Assembly (NCBI RefSeq): GCF_046105845.1
Contig: NZ_CP151004.1
Length of the DNA stretch: 64,000 nt
Direction: 5' to 3' (one strand)
Origin: Escherichia coli
GTDB lineage: Bacteria > Pseudomonadota > Gammaproteobacteria > Enterobacterales > Enterobacteriaceae
In this document: positions 30,860 through 39,241 of the stretch, piece by piece
Layout of the letters: each line of letters begins with the position of its first letter
Numbering within the stretch: the stretch's first letter is position 1
Notes under the pieces: generated by a model
Seen by the model: the letters and a program-made list of their open reading frames with translations, nothing else
Database searches by the model: none
What the model was told of the DNA's origin: nothing
Made by a program: the position numbers and the translations under genes

Positions 30860-32689
30860 CTACTCTTCGTCGTCACCATCGACATGCGCACGAATCAGCG
30901 CCATAAACGGTTTGCCAAAGCGTTCCAGCTTGCGCATACCAACGCCGTTAACGCTGAGCATTTCGCTGGCGGTGATCGGCATCTGTTCAGCCATCTCAAT
31001 CAAGGTCGCGTCGTTAAACACCACGTACGGCGGGACATTGCTTTCATCGGCAATCGATTTACGCAGTTTGCGTAATTTGGCGAACAGTTTGCGATCGTAG
31101 TTGCCGCCGAAGGATTTCTGCATCGCTTTCGGTTTGAGTGCCACGATACGTGGCACGGCAAGTTGCAAAGAGGATTCGCCGCGCAGCACCGGACGCGCAG
31201 CCTCTGTCAGTTGTAGGGCAGAATGCTGGGCAATATTTTGCGTCACCAGGCCGAGGTGAATCAGCTGGCGGATCACGCTCACCCAATGTTCATGGCTTTT
31301 ATCACGGCCCATGCCATAGACTTTCAGTTTGTCATGACCATAGTCGCGGATACGCTGGTTATTAGCGCCACGAATCACTTCCACCACATAACCCATCCCA
31401 AACCGCTGATTCACACGACCAATGGTGGAAAGGGCAATCTGAGCATCGGTTGAACCATCGTATTGTTTCGGCGGATCGAGGCAGATATCGCAGTTCCCGC
31501 ACGGCTCCTGCCGCCCTTCGCCAAAGTAGTTCAGCAGCACCAGACGACGGCAAGTTTGCGCTTCGGCAAACGCGCCCATCGCATTGAGTTTATGGCGCTC
31601 GATATCCTGCAATTGCCCCTGCGGCTTCTCTTCCAGACAACGGCGTAGCCACGCCATATCGGCCGGATCGTAAAACAGCATCGCTTCCGCGGGCAGGCCA
31701 TCACGCCCGGCGCGACCGGTTTCCTGATAATAGGATTCGATATTGCGCGGAATATCAAAATGCACCACGAAGCGAACGTTAGGCTTGTTGATGCCCATGC
31801 CGAACGCCACCGTCGCCACCACAATTTGCAGGTCATCGCGCTGGAATTTCTCCTGCACGTCGGCGCGAATATTATTTTCCAGCCCGGCATGATAGGCCGC
31901 CGCGCTAATTCCCTTGCTTTGCAGGCGCGCAGCGGTGTCTTCTACTTTCGCCCGGCTGTTGCAGTAAATAATCCCCGACTTACCGCGTTGTTCCTGCACG
32001 TAGCGCATCAACTGATCGAGCGGTTTGAATTTCTCCATCAGCATGTAGCGAATATTCGGACGGTCAAAACTGCTGATTTGAATCAGCGGATCGTTCAGCC
32101 CCAGCAGGCGCACGATATCCTGCCGCGTGGTGTCGTCGGCTGTGGCGGTCAGCGCCATAAACGGCAGCGTCGGGAACCGCTGGCGCAACTGACCGAGCGC
32201 GGCATATTCCGGGCGGAAATCGTGGCCCCATTGGGAGATACAGTGCGCTTCATCAACGGCTAATAACACCGGATTCCAGTGCGCCAGATGCTCAAGAAAG
32301 TTATCCAGCATCAGGCGTTCCGGGGCGATATAAAGCAGACGAATTTGCCCGGTGCGGCAGCCTGTCATCACTTCAAGTTGCTGTTCGCGGGTTTGCGTCG
32401 AGTTAAGGCACGCCGCCGCCACGCCGTTGGCTTGCAGTTGATCCACCTGATCTTTCATCAACGAAATCAGCGGTGAAACAACCACGGTAAGGCCGTTTAG
32501 CAATAAGGCAGGAATTTGATAGCAAAGGGATTTTCCGCCACCGGTGGGCATGACGACCAGGCAATCGCGACCGGAAAGCACAGTGTCGATAATTTCTTCC
32601 TGGCCGGGGCGAAACTGTTGGTAGCCAAAGGTTTCTTGTAAAACCTGTTTAGCTCCGGACTCCAGATTCAACACTTCCGCCTGCGCCAC
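30860..32689 (-). CDS. recQ: ATP-dependent DNA helicase RecQ
   Basis: Superfamily-2 helicase motifs (PTGGGKS, DEAH), zinc-binding and HRDC regions; start placed at the GTG giving [30 protein letters not shown]... (609 aa as in reference from memory). Confidence 0.92.
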   Translation of the reverse strand: MAQAEVLNLESGAKQVLQETFGYQQFRPGQEEIIDTVLSGRDCLVVMPTGGGKSLCYQIPALLLNGLTVVVSPLISLMKDQVDQLQANGVAAACLNSTQTREQQLEVMTGCRTGQIRLLYIAPERLMLDNFLEHLAHWNPVLLAVDEAHCISQWGHDFRPEYAALGQLRQRFPTLPFMALTATADDTTRQDIVRLLGLNDPLIQISSFDRPNIRYMLMEKFKPLDQLMRYVQEQRGKSGIIYCNSRAKVEDTAARLQSKGISAAAYHAGLENNIRADVQEKFQRDDLQIVVATVAFGMGINKPNVRFVVHFDIPRNIESYYQETGRAGRDGLPAEAMLFYDPADMAWLRRCLEEKPQGQLQDIERHKLNAMGAFAEAQTCRRLVLLNYFGEGRQEPCGNCDICLDPPKQYDGSTDAQIALSTIGRVNQRFGMGYVVEVIRGANNQRIRDYGHDKLKVYGMGRDKSHEHWVSVIRQLIHLGLVTQNIAQHSALQLTEAARPVLRGESSLQLAVPRIVALKPKAMQKSFGGNYDRKLFAKLRKLRKSIADESNVPPYVVFNDATLIEMAEQMPITASEMLSVNGVGMRKLERFGKPFMALIRAHVDGDDEE

Positions 32690-32707
32690 ATTCACCCCGA
32701 TTGCCTG

Positions 32708-32738
32708 AAATAAAAACAGGCGCTATTTTCAGCGCCTG
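32708..32738 (-). terminator. putative rho-independent terminator downstream of pldA
   Basis: On the minus strand, hairpin CAGGCGCTGAAAATAGCGCCTG followed by TTTTTATTT; about 75 bp after the pldA stop. Confidence 0.45.
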
Positions 32739-32813
32739 CGCGAGAAACTGCAATGCTTTTAGTCTCTGAGAGGGTAATCCTGGATGCTGGATTCCAGATT
32801 TGACAACCATTCA

Positions 32814-33683
32814 TCAAAACAGGTCGTTTAGCATAACTCCCACACCAACGCGGGTCTGGTTGAAGTTATAGTCGATGAGCGATTCGCCGTAACCACTGTA
32901 AACCTGAGTATAAAGGCGCACATGTTTGGTGATCGGGTAACTTAAGCCTAACTCCGCACCACCGTAACCGGTGTTCCAGTTGTACTGCCCTTTCGCGCTC
33001 AGTACCGCATCACTGAGGTGATAGCCGATTTTAAGCTGGTAATAGCCCATATATTTGGTGATGTCCGGGTTATCGTCCGTATTCCCCACCACATACCACG
33101 GCTTCACCTCTACCAGCCAGTTACCGTTTTCTGCCATCAGGCGGGTATAAAGGCGGTTCCAGCTGCGGGAAGTCGGGTCTGAACGCCCGTTTGAGTCGTG
33201 GTTATAACCCATCTCCACATCGCGCAGCGTCCAACCTGCAAAACGGTAATCGGTGGCAAAACCGAGGAACAATTGCGGTTCGTAGTTGGTTTCACGAAAC
33301 GGTGAAGACTCTTCGCTATTGGACAGTTGCCACCAGGATTTTTGCGTATAAGACGCACCCAATACCGAGTTCGGGCCTAAAATCCCACGCCACAGCGGAA
33401 ATGCCAGGCTCAACTGAAACTTTACTTCATCCTTACGCGCATTTTCCGCCCAGTCGTAACTGGCAATCGCTTCTTTGTTCAGATCGCTGGTTTGGGTGTA
33501 GATGAGGTAGTTGGTGTCATAAGGATAGAGCGTGAACGGATTGTCATGCTCCTGCAGCATATTGGCGATAATACTGCCACGCACCGCAGGCGCGTCATGC
33601 ACCTCTTTCACCGTTGCCTCTTGTGCATATACTGCCATAGGCAACATAAACACCGGCAACAACCAGCCCTGCAGAGTCCGCAT
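32814..33683 (-). CDS. pldA: outer membrane phospholipase A
   Basis: 289-aa ORF with signal peptide, beta-barrel-type sequence ending ...NDLF, recognised as PldA (OMPLA). Confidence 0.94.
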   Translation of the reverse strand: MRTLQGWLLPVFMLPMAVYAQEATVKEVHDAPAVRGSIIANMLQEHDNPFTLYPYDTNYLIYTQTSDLNKEAIASYDWAENARKDEVKFQLSLAFPLWRGILGPNSVLGASYTQKSWWQLSNSEESSPFRETNYEPQLFLGFATDYRFAGWTLRDVEMGYNHDSNGRSDPTSRSWNRLYTRLMAENGNWLVEVKPWYVVGNTDDNPDITKYMGYYQLKIGYHLSDAVLSAKGQYNWNTGYGGAELGLSYPITKHVRLYTQVYSGYGESLIDYNFNQTRVGVGVMLNDLF

Positions 33684-33847
33684 CGGTCGTGTTCTCCGTA
33701 ACGAATTATTGATAAGGTGAATATTTTTCTGCGGGCTATTTTACATACTTAACTCCATAGCCGTTAGTTATCCCTTCCTAAAGTAGAAACCAACAACAAA
33801 GAAGCATAAAATCAACATTTCATTAACTAATGAAGTGTAAGGATGAT

Positions 33848-34315
33848 ATGTCTGCCGTACTGACCGCTGAACAAGCCCTGAAATTAGTGGGTGAGATGTT
33901 TGTTTATCACATGCCATTTAACCGCGCATTGGGGATGGAACTGGAGCGTTACGAAAAAGAGTTCGCACAGCTGGCCTTTAAAAATCAGCCAATGATGGTG
34001 GGTAACTGGGCGCAAAGCATTTTGCACGGCGGAGTCATTGCGTCGGCGCTGGATGTCGCCGCCGGTCTGGTGTGCGTGGGAAGTACCTTAACCCGCCACG
34101 AAACCATCAGTGAAGATGAACTACGCCAGCGGCTATCGCGGATGGGGACCATTGATCTTCGCGTTGATTATCTGCGCCCAGGCAGGGGCGAGCGTTTTAC
34201 TGCTACCAGTAGTCTGTTGCGGGCAGGCAATAAAGTCGCCGTCGCCCGCGTTGAATTACACAATGAAGAACAGCTTTATATTGCCAGCGCTACAGCCACC
34301 TATATGGTAGGTTGA
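33848..34315 (+). CDS. yigI: PaaI/4HBT-type acyl-CoA thioesterase YigI
   Basis: Translation [36 protein letters not shown]... (155 aa) recognised; start at internal Met of track ORF. Confidence 0.88.
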   Translation: MSAVLTAEQALKLVGEMFVYHMPFNRALGMELERYEKEFAQLAFKNQPMMVGNWAQSILHGGVIASALDVAAGLVCVGSTLTRHETISEDELRQRLSRMGTIDLRVDYLRPGRGERFTATSSLLRAGNKVAVARVELHNEEQLYIASATATYMVG

Positions 34316-34366
34316 TAACGTAAAAGCAGGTAAACTGCTGTTACCAATTAAAAATGAGTATTCCCG

Positions 34367-35257
34367 ATGGATGCAAAACAAACGCGGCAGGGCGTATTAC
34401 TCGCTCTTGCCGCTTATTTTATTTGGGGTATTGCGCCAGCGTACTTCAAGCTGATTTACTACGTGCCCGCCGATGAGATCCTGACGCATCGCGTGATCTG
34501 GTCGTTTTTCTTTATGGTGGTGCTGATGAGCATTTGCCGCCAGTGGTCCTATTTAAAAACGCTGATTCAGACGCCACAGAAAATTTTTATGCTGGCAGTC
34601 TCTGCCGTGCTGATTGGTGGCAACTGGCTACTGTTTATCTGGGCGGTGAACAATCACCATATGCTGGAAGCGAGCCTTGGTTACTTTATTAACCCGCTGG
34701 TGAACATTGTGCTGGGGATGATTTTCCTCGGCGAGCGATTCCGCCGGATGCAATGGCTGGCGGTGATTCTGGCAATATGTGGCGTGTTGGTTCAGTTGTG
34801 GACTTTTGGTTCACTGCCGATTATCGCGCTGGGGCTGGCGTTTAGTTTTGCCTTCTACGGCCTGGTACGCAAGAAGATTGCTGTTGAAGCGCAAACCGGC
34901 ATGTTAATCGAAACTATGTGGTTGCTGCCCGTGGCGGCGATTTACCTGTTTGCTATTGCCGACAGCTCAACCAGCCATATGGGGCAAAACCCGATGTCAC
35001 TGAATTTACTGCTGATCGCCGCCGGGATTGTCACTACCGTACCGCTGTTGTGTTTTACTGCGGCTGCGACACGCCTGCGTCTCTCAACGTTAGGCTTTTT
35101 TCAGTACATTGGCCCGACGCTGATGTTCCTGCTGGCTGTGACGTTTTATGGTGAAAAACCGGGTGCCGATAAGATGGTGACCTTCGCCTTTATTTGGGTG
35201 GCGCTGGCAATTTTTGTGATGGATGCGATTTATACGCAGCGTAGAACGTCCAAATAA
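34367..35257 (+). CDS. rarD: DMT-family permease RarD
   Basis: 296-aa membrane ORF recognised as RarD. Confidence 0.92.
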   Translation: MDAKQTRQGVLLALAAYFIWGIAPAYFKLIYYVPADEILTHRVIWSFFFMVVLMSICRQWSYLKTLIQTPQKIFMLAVSAVLIGGNWLLFIWAVNNHHMLEASLGYFINPLVNIVLGMIFLGERFRRMQWLAVILAICGVLVQLWTFGSLPIIALGLAFSFAFYGLVRKKIAVEAQTGMLIETMWLLPVAAIYLFAIADSSTSHMGQNPMSLNLLLIAAGIVTTVPLLCFTAAATRLRLSTLGFFQYIGPTLMFLLAVTFYGEKPGADKMVTFAFIWVALAIFVMDAIYTQRRTSK

Positions 35258-35315
35258 AAAATAAATATATTCTGAAAAAATATGCCGACTCTTGCATGAG
35301 AGTGGGCATATTGCC

Positions 35316-35693
35316 ATGCTGACAGGAGACTCACATAAGAAAGGCAGAATTTCCAGACGTCGTTGTATATTTTCATTTGCTTTAATAAATTTCATTTTTG
35401 CCTTTCTTATTATCTTTTTTAACGATGGGGACGCAGGTTTTCTTGTTATTGTCTCTACCAACGCACTCCATTATCTCGTCATCAACATAAATTGCCAACG
35501 ACTCCGTGATAGTGGTTTCATATATATAAAAACTTATGTTTTTGGTACATTAGCAGTATATATCATCTCTATCATCACAATGATAGCCGAACATTTTGAT
35601 TGTTCAGGCAATGGTTCGATGATTTTTTTGATTTGTTATTTTTCCACTTTCAGTATGCTAATGCTTGCACCTACTGATTCATCAAAACAATAG
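35316..35693 (+). CDS. yigG: small inner membrane protein YigG
   Basis: AT-rich ORF encoding a hydrophobic protein ([35 protein letters not shown]...); first ATG used because the track start at 35292 is a TTG. Start uncertain. Confidence 0.65.
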   Translation: MLTGDSHKKGRISRRRCIFSFALINFIFAFLIIFFNDGDAGFLVIVSTNALHYLVININCQRLRDSGFIYIKTYVFGTLAVYIISIITMIAEHFDCSGNGSMIFLICYFSTFSMLMLAPTDSSKQ

Positions 35694-35706
35694 TTATGGA
35701 GTATTT

Positions 35707-36087
35707 ATGAGTAAGGAATATATGAACGATGGTTCATTAAGTGAAAAATGGAAATACCGATTTAATTTTTATGATCAACATGGCTTTCCTGGATTCTGGG
35801 GGGCAACACCAGAATATAAAGCAGCATTTAAAACATTAAAAGTAAGACAACGATTAACTATTCAAATGAATTTCATTGCTTTCTTCTGTTCCTGGATCTA
35901 TTTATTTGTTCTGGGATTATGGAAAAAAGCAATTATAGTTCTATTACTTGGCATTCTATCTCTATTTGTTGGTGCACTAATTGGCGTTAACATTCTGGGA
36001 ATTGCCGTAGCAGCCTATGTTGCTGTTAACACGAACAAATGGTTTTATGAGAAAGAGGTAAAAGGGTTAAATACCTGGAGCCTTTGA
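35707..36087 (+). CDS. yigF: small inner membrane protein YigF
   Basis: ATG with GGAG ribosome-binding site about 11 nt upstream; 126-aa hydrophobic protein MSKEYMNDGSLSEKWKYRFNFYDQHGFPGFWG... recognised as YigF. Confidence 0.75.
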   Translation: MSKEYMNDGSLSEKWKYRFNFYDQHGFPGFWGATPEYKAAFKTLKVRQRLTIQMNFIAFFCSWIYLFVLGLWKKAIIVLLLGILSLFVGALIGVNILGIAVAAYVAVNTNKWFYEKEVKGLNTWSL

Positions 36088-36093
36088 ATAACA

Positions 36094-36129
36094 GGTGGCT
36101 TAGCCAGGCTAAGCCACCGCCTTCTTTTT
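36094..36129 (+). terminator. hairpin terminator between convergent yigF and corA
   Basis: Stem-loop GGTGGCTTAGCCAGGCTAAGCCACC followed by GCCTTCTTTTT on the + strand; overlaps the corA stop codon. Confidence 0.5.
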
Positions 36130-37078
36130 ACAGCCAGTTCTTGCGCTTAAAGTACAGATACGGTGCCAGGCCCGCGAGGATCATAAAGATAATCGCGCCA
36201 GGGTAGCCGAAACTCCACTTCAGTTCCGGCATAAACTCAAAGTTCATCCCGTAGCTGGAAGCAACCAGCGTTGGCGGCAGGAACACGACGGATACCACCG
36301 AGAAGATTTTGATGATGCGGTTCTGCTCGATGTTGATAAAGCCCATCGCCGCCTGCATCAGGAAGTTCACCTTCTGGAACAGAGATTCGTTATGCGGCAG
36401 CAGGGATTCGATATCTCGCAGGATTTCACGCGCCTGCTCCAGCTGCCCGCCCGGTAAACGCGCCTTACGCACCAGGAAGTTGAGCGCACGCTGGGTATCC
36501 ATCAGACACAGGCGAACTTTCCAGCCGATATCTTCCAGTTCCGCCAGCGTGGAGAGCGCCTCGTCGTACTCATCGCCCTGATGCCCTTCCATAATTACCC
36601 GGCTCAACTGCTCCAGGTCGCTGTAGATATTTTCAATTTCATCTGCCAACTGTTCGATTTTGGTTTCGAACAGATCCAGCAGCAGCTCGTAGGCGTTACC
36701 GTCCACCATTGACTGGCTACGGGCACGCATACGATACAGACGGAATGCAGGCAGTTCACGCTCACGCAGAGTAAACAGACGACCATCACGGATGGTAAAT
36801 GCCACAGTGGAGTTACCGGCGTGATCTTCCGCATCTTCAAAGAAGAAGAAGGAGTGAATATGCAGGCCGTCATCGTCTTCAAAGAAACGTGCCGATGCTT
36901 CGATGTCTTCCAGTTCCGGGCGGGTTGCCAGGCTCTGACCAAGTTCAGATTGTACGCGCAGTCGCTCGTCGTCGTCCGGTTCGACAAGATCAATCCATAC
37001 TGCATTTACAAGGGGTTGTGACTCTTCGACTTCCAGCCGGGTCAGTCGGTTATTTTCCAGTTGAAATGCGCTCAGCAT
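36128..37078 (-). CDS. corA: magnesium/cobalt/nickel transporter CorA
   Basis: Translation [31 protein letters not shown]... ending ...[40 protein letters not shown] (316 aa) recognised as CorA, including GMN motif. Confidence 0.94.
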   Translation of the reverse strand: MLSAFQLENNRLTRLEVEESQPLVNAVWIDLVEPDDDERLRVQSELGQSLATRPELEDIEASARFFEDDDGLHIHSFFFFEDAEDHAGNSTVAFTIRDGRLFTLRERELPAFRLYRMRARSQSMVDGNAYELLLDLFETKIEQLADEIENIYSDLEQLSRVIMEGHQGDEYDEALSTLAELEDIGWKVRLCLMDTQRALNFLVRKARLPGGQLEQAREILRDIESLLPHNESLFQKVNFLMQAAMGFINIEQNRIIKIFSVVSVVFLPPTLVASSYGMNFEFMPELKWSFGYPGAIIFMILAGLAPYLYFKRKNWL

Positions 37079-37447
37079 GACCGGGACTCCCAATGCTTAA
37101 AATATCGGACAGTTCGGTGGGCACACAGAAACAAATTGGGTTTCAGACCATTAAACAGCCTGACTCAGCGCGACGGGAAAAATTGAGGTCGCTGACAACC
37201 GCTAAGGCTATCAGCAAAAAGGGATAGCCTTAGGAGTTGATCCTGGATGACAGGATAGTGAGCCAGTATCTACTGGGTGTGTCCAAGGCGAATGTCCTCT
37301 TAGAGTGATCGTGCGCGCATGTTACGCCAGCAAAATTTTGCCGTCAACACGCAACAGAACACCACAGAACAATAGTTGAACTTCGCGCTTTTTGGTACTC
37401 GTCAAGGTCGCTAACAGGATAAAAAAATCCCACATCCAGGACCTATA

Positions 37448-38212
37448 ATGGCGCATCGGCTACTCATTGGTAAAGGAATGATCACCTTGAATCTCAAACG
37501 GATTTTTCTCACCCTCACCTTACTTCCCTTATTTGCTGTTGCCGCTGATGATTGCGCACTCTCAGATCCGGCGCTGACCGTACAGGCGTATACCGTTAAT
37601 CCTCAAACAGAGCGGGTGAAAATGTACTGGCAAAAAGCCAATGGCGAAGCGTGGGGAACGTTACATGCTCTGCTGGCGGATATTAATAGTCAGGGTCAGG
37701 TGCAGATGGCAATGAACGGCGGCATCTATGATGAAAGCTATGCGCCGCTCGGTTTGTACATCGAAAACGGTCAGCAGAAGGTGGCGTTAAATCTCGCTTC
37801 AGGTGAAGGGAATTTCTTTATTCGTCCTGGCGGCGTGTTTTATGTCGCGGGAGATAAAGTCGGCATCGTTCGTCTGGATGCCTTTAAAACCAGTAAAGAG
37901 ATTCAGTTTGCGGTGCAGTCAGGGCCAATGTTATTAGAAAACGGCGTAATTAATCCGCGTATTCATCCCAACGTCGCCTCACGTAAAATTCGTAACGGTG
38001 TTGGGATTAATAAACAAGGGAACGCCGTGTTTTTGTTGAGCCAGCAGGCGACAAATTTTTATGATTTTGCCTGTTATGCCAAAGCGAAACTGAACGTTGA
38101 GCAGTTGCTTTATCTTGATGGCACAATTTCACATATTTATATGAAAGGCGGGGCAATCCCGTGGCAACGCTATCCTTTTGTCACCATGATTTCCGTCGAG
38201 CGGAAAGGTTAA
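37448..38212 (+). CDS. yigE: DUF2233-family (phosphodiester glycosidase-like) protein YigE, predicted exported
   Basis: 254-aa ORF divergent from corA, with signal-peptide-like N-terminus; recognised as YigE. Domain assignment from memory. Confidence 0.8.
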   Translation: MAHRLLIGKGMITLNLKRIFLTLTLLPLFAVAADDCALSDPALTVQAYTVNPQTERVKMYWQKANGEAWGTLHALLADINSQGQVQMAMNGGIYDESYAPLGLYIENGQQKVALNLASGEGNFFIRPGGVFYVAGDKVGIVRLDAFKTSKEIQFAVQSGPMLLENGVINPRIHPNVASRKIRNGVGINKQGNAVFLLSQQATNFYDFACYAKAKLNVEQLLYLDGTISHIYMKGGAIPWQRYPFVTMISVERKG

Positions 38213-38294
38213 GCATTATACACTCGAGGAGGCCAGACAAACTGGGACTGGCTACACAGCTGGAAAATCATCAGATAAATGAAGGGAAACAAAA

Positions 38295-39197
38295 ATGAAA
38301 AAAACGCTCGCAACGTTATTTTTATTAACGTGTCTGGGATCATCATCCGCCTATGCGGATAACGCTTTGATTTTACAAACTGATTTTAGCCTGAAAGATG
38401 GTGCCGTCTCGGCGATGAAAGGGGTCGCATTCGGCGTTGACCATAATCTTAAAATCTTTGATTTAACACACGAAATTCCACCGTATAACATCTGGGAAGG
38501 CGCTTATCGCCTGTATCAGACTGCCAGTTACTGGCCGCAAGGTTCGGTGTTTGTTAGCGTGGTCGATCCGGGCGTAGGCACTGACCGTAAATCGGTAGTG
38601 CTGAAAACCAAAAACGGTCAGTACTTCGTTTCACCAGATAACGGTACGCTCACTTTGGTGGCACAAACTCTGGGTATTGATAGCGTCCGGGAAATCGACG
38701 AAAAAGCTAACCGCCTGAAAGGTTCTGAAAAGTCATATACCTTCCACGGTCGTGACGTGTATGCCTACACCGGTGCGCGTCTGGCTTCCGGGGCGATTAC
38801 GTTCGAACAGGTGGGGCCAGAGCTTCCTGCAAAAGTTGTCGAACTTTCTTATCAGAAAGCAAAAGCAACAAAAGGTGAAGTGAAGGGCAATATCCCGATT
38901 CTCGATATTCAGTACGGCAACGTCTGGAGCAATATCAGCGACGAGTTGCTGAATCAGGCAGGAATCAAACTCAACGACACGTTGTGTGTGACCATTTCCG
39001 AAGGTTCCCAGCAAAAATACGCAGGGAAAATGCCGTATGTCGCAAGTTTCGGCGATGTGCCGGAAGGCCAGCCGATGGTGTATCTGAACAGCTTATTGAA
39101 TGTTTCCGTGGCGCTGAATATGGATAATTTCGCGCAGAAACATCAGGTTGCATCTGGTGCTGACTGGAATATTGATGTGAAGAAGTGCGCTAAGTAA
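38295..39197 (+). CDS. SAM hydroxide adenosyltransferase family protein (DUF62; fluorinase/chlorinase-like fold) with N-terminal signal peptide
   Basis: 300-aa ORF with GAAGGGA ribosome-binding site 8 nt upstream of ATG. Signal peptide MKKTLATLFLLTCLGSSSAYA|DN, then family motifs LILQTDFSLKDGAVSAMKGV and FHGRDVYAY. Not part of the K-12 gene order as I recall it. Confidence 0.75.
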   Translation: MKKTLATLFLLTCLGSSSAYADNALILQTDFSLKDGAVSAMKGVAFGVDHNLKIFDLTHEIPPYNIWEGAYRLYQTASYWPQGSVFVSVVDPGVGTDRKSVVLKTKNGQYFVSPDNGTLTLVAQTLGIDSVREIDEKANRLKGSEKSYTFHGRDVYAYTGARLASGAITFEQVGPELPAKVVELSYQKAKATKGEVKGNIPILDIQYGNVWSNISDELLNQAGIKLNDTLCVTISEGSQQKYAGKMPYVASFGDVPEGQPMVYLNSLLNVSVALNMDNFAQKHQVASGADWNIDVKKCAK

Positions 39198-39206
39198 GGG
39201 GCTGAT

Positions 39207-39237
39207 GCGGAATGCGGTGTGGCGCACCGCATTCCGC
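39207..39237. other. perfect 13-bp inverted repeat (stem-loop) between convergent DUF62 gene and uvrD
   Basis: GCGGAATGCGGTG-tggcg-CACCGCATTCCGC; no flanking T-run on either strand. Confidence 0.6.
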
Positions 39238-39241
39238 AACG

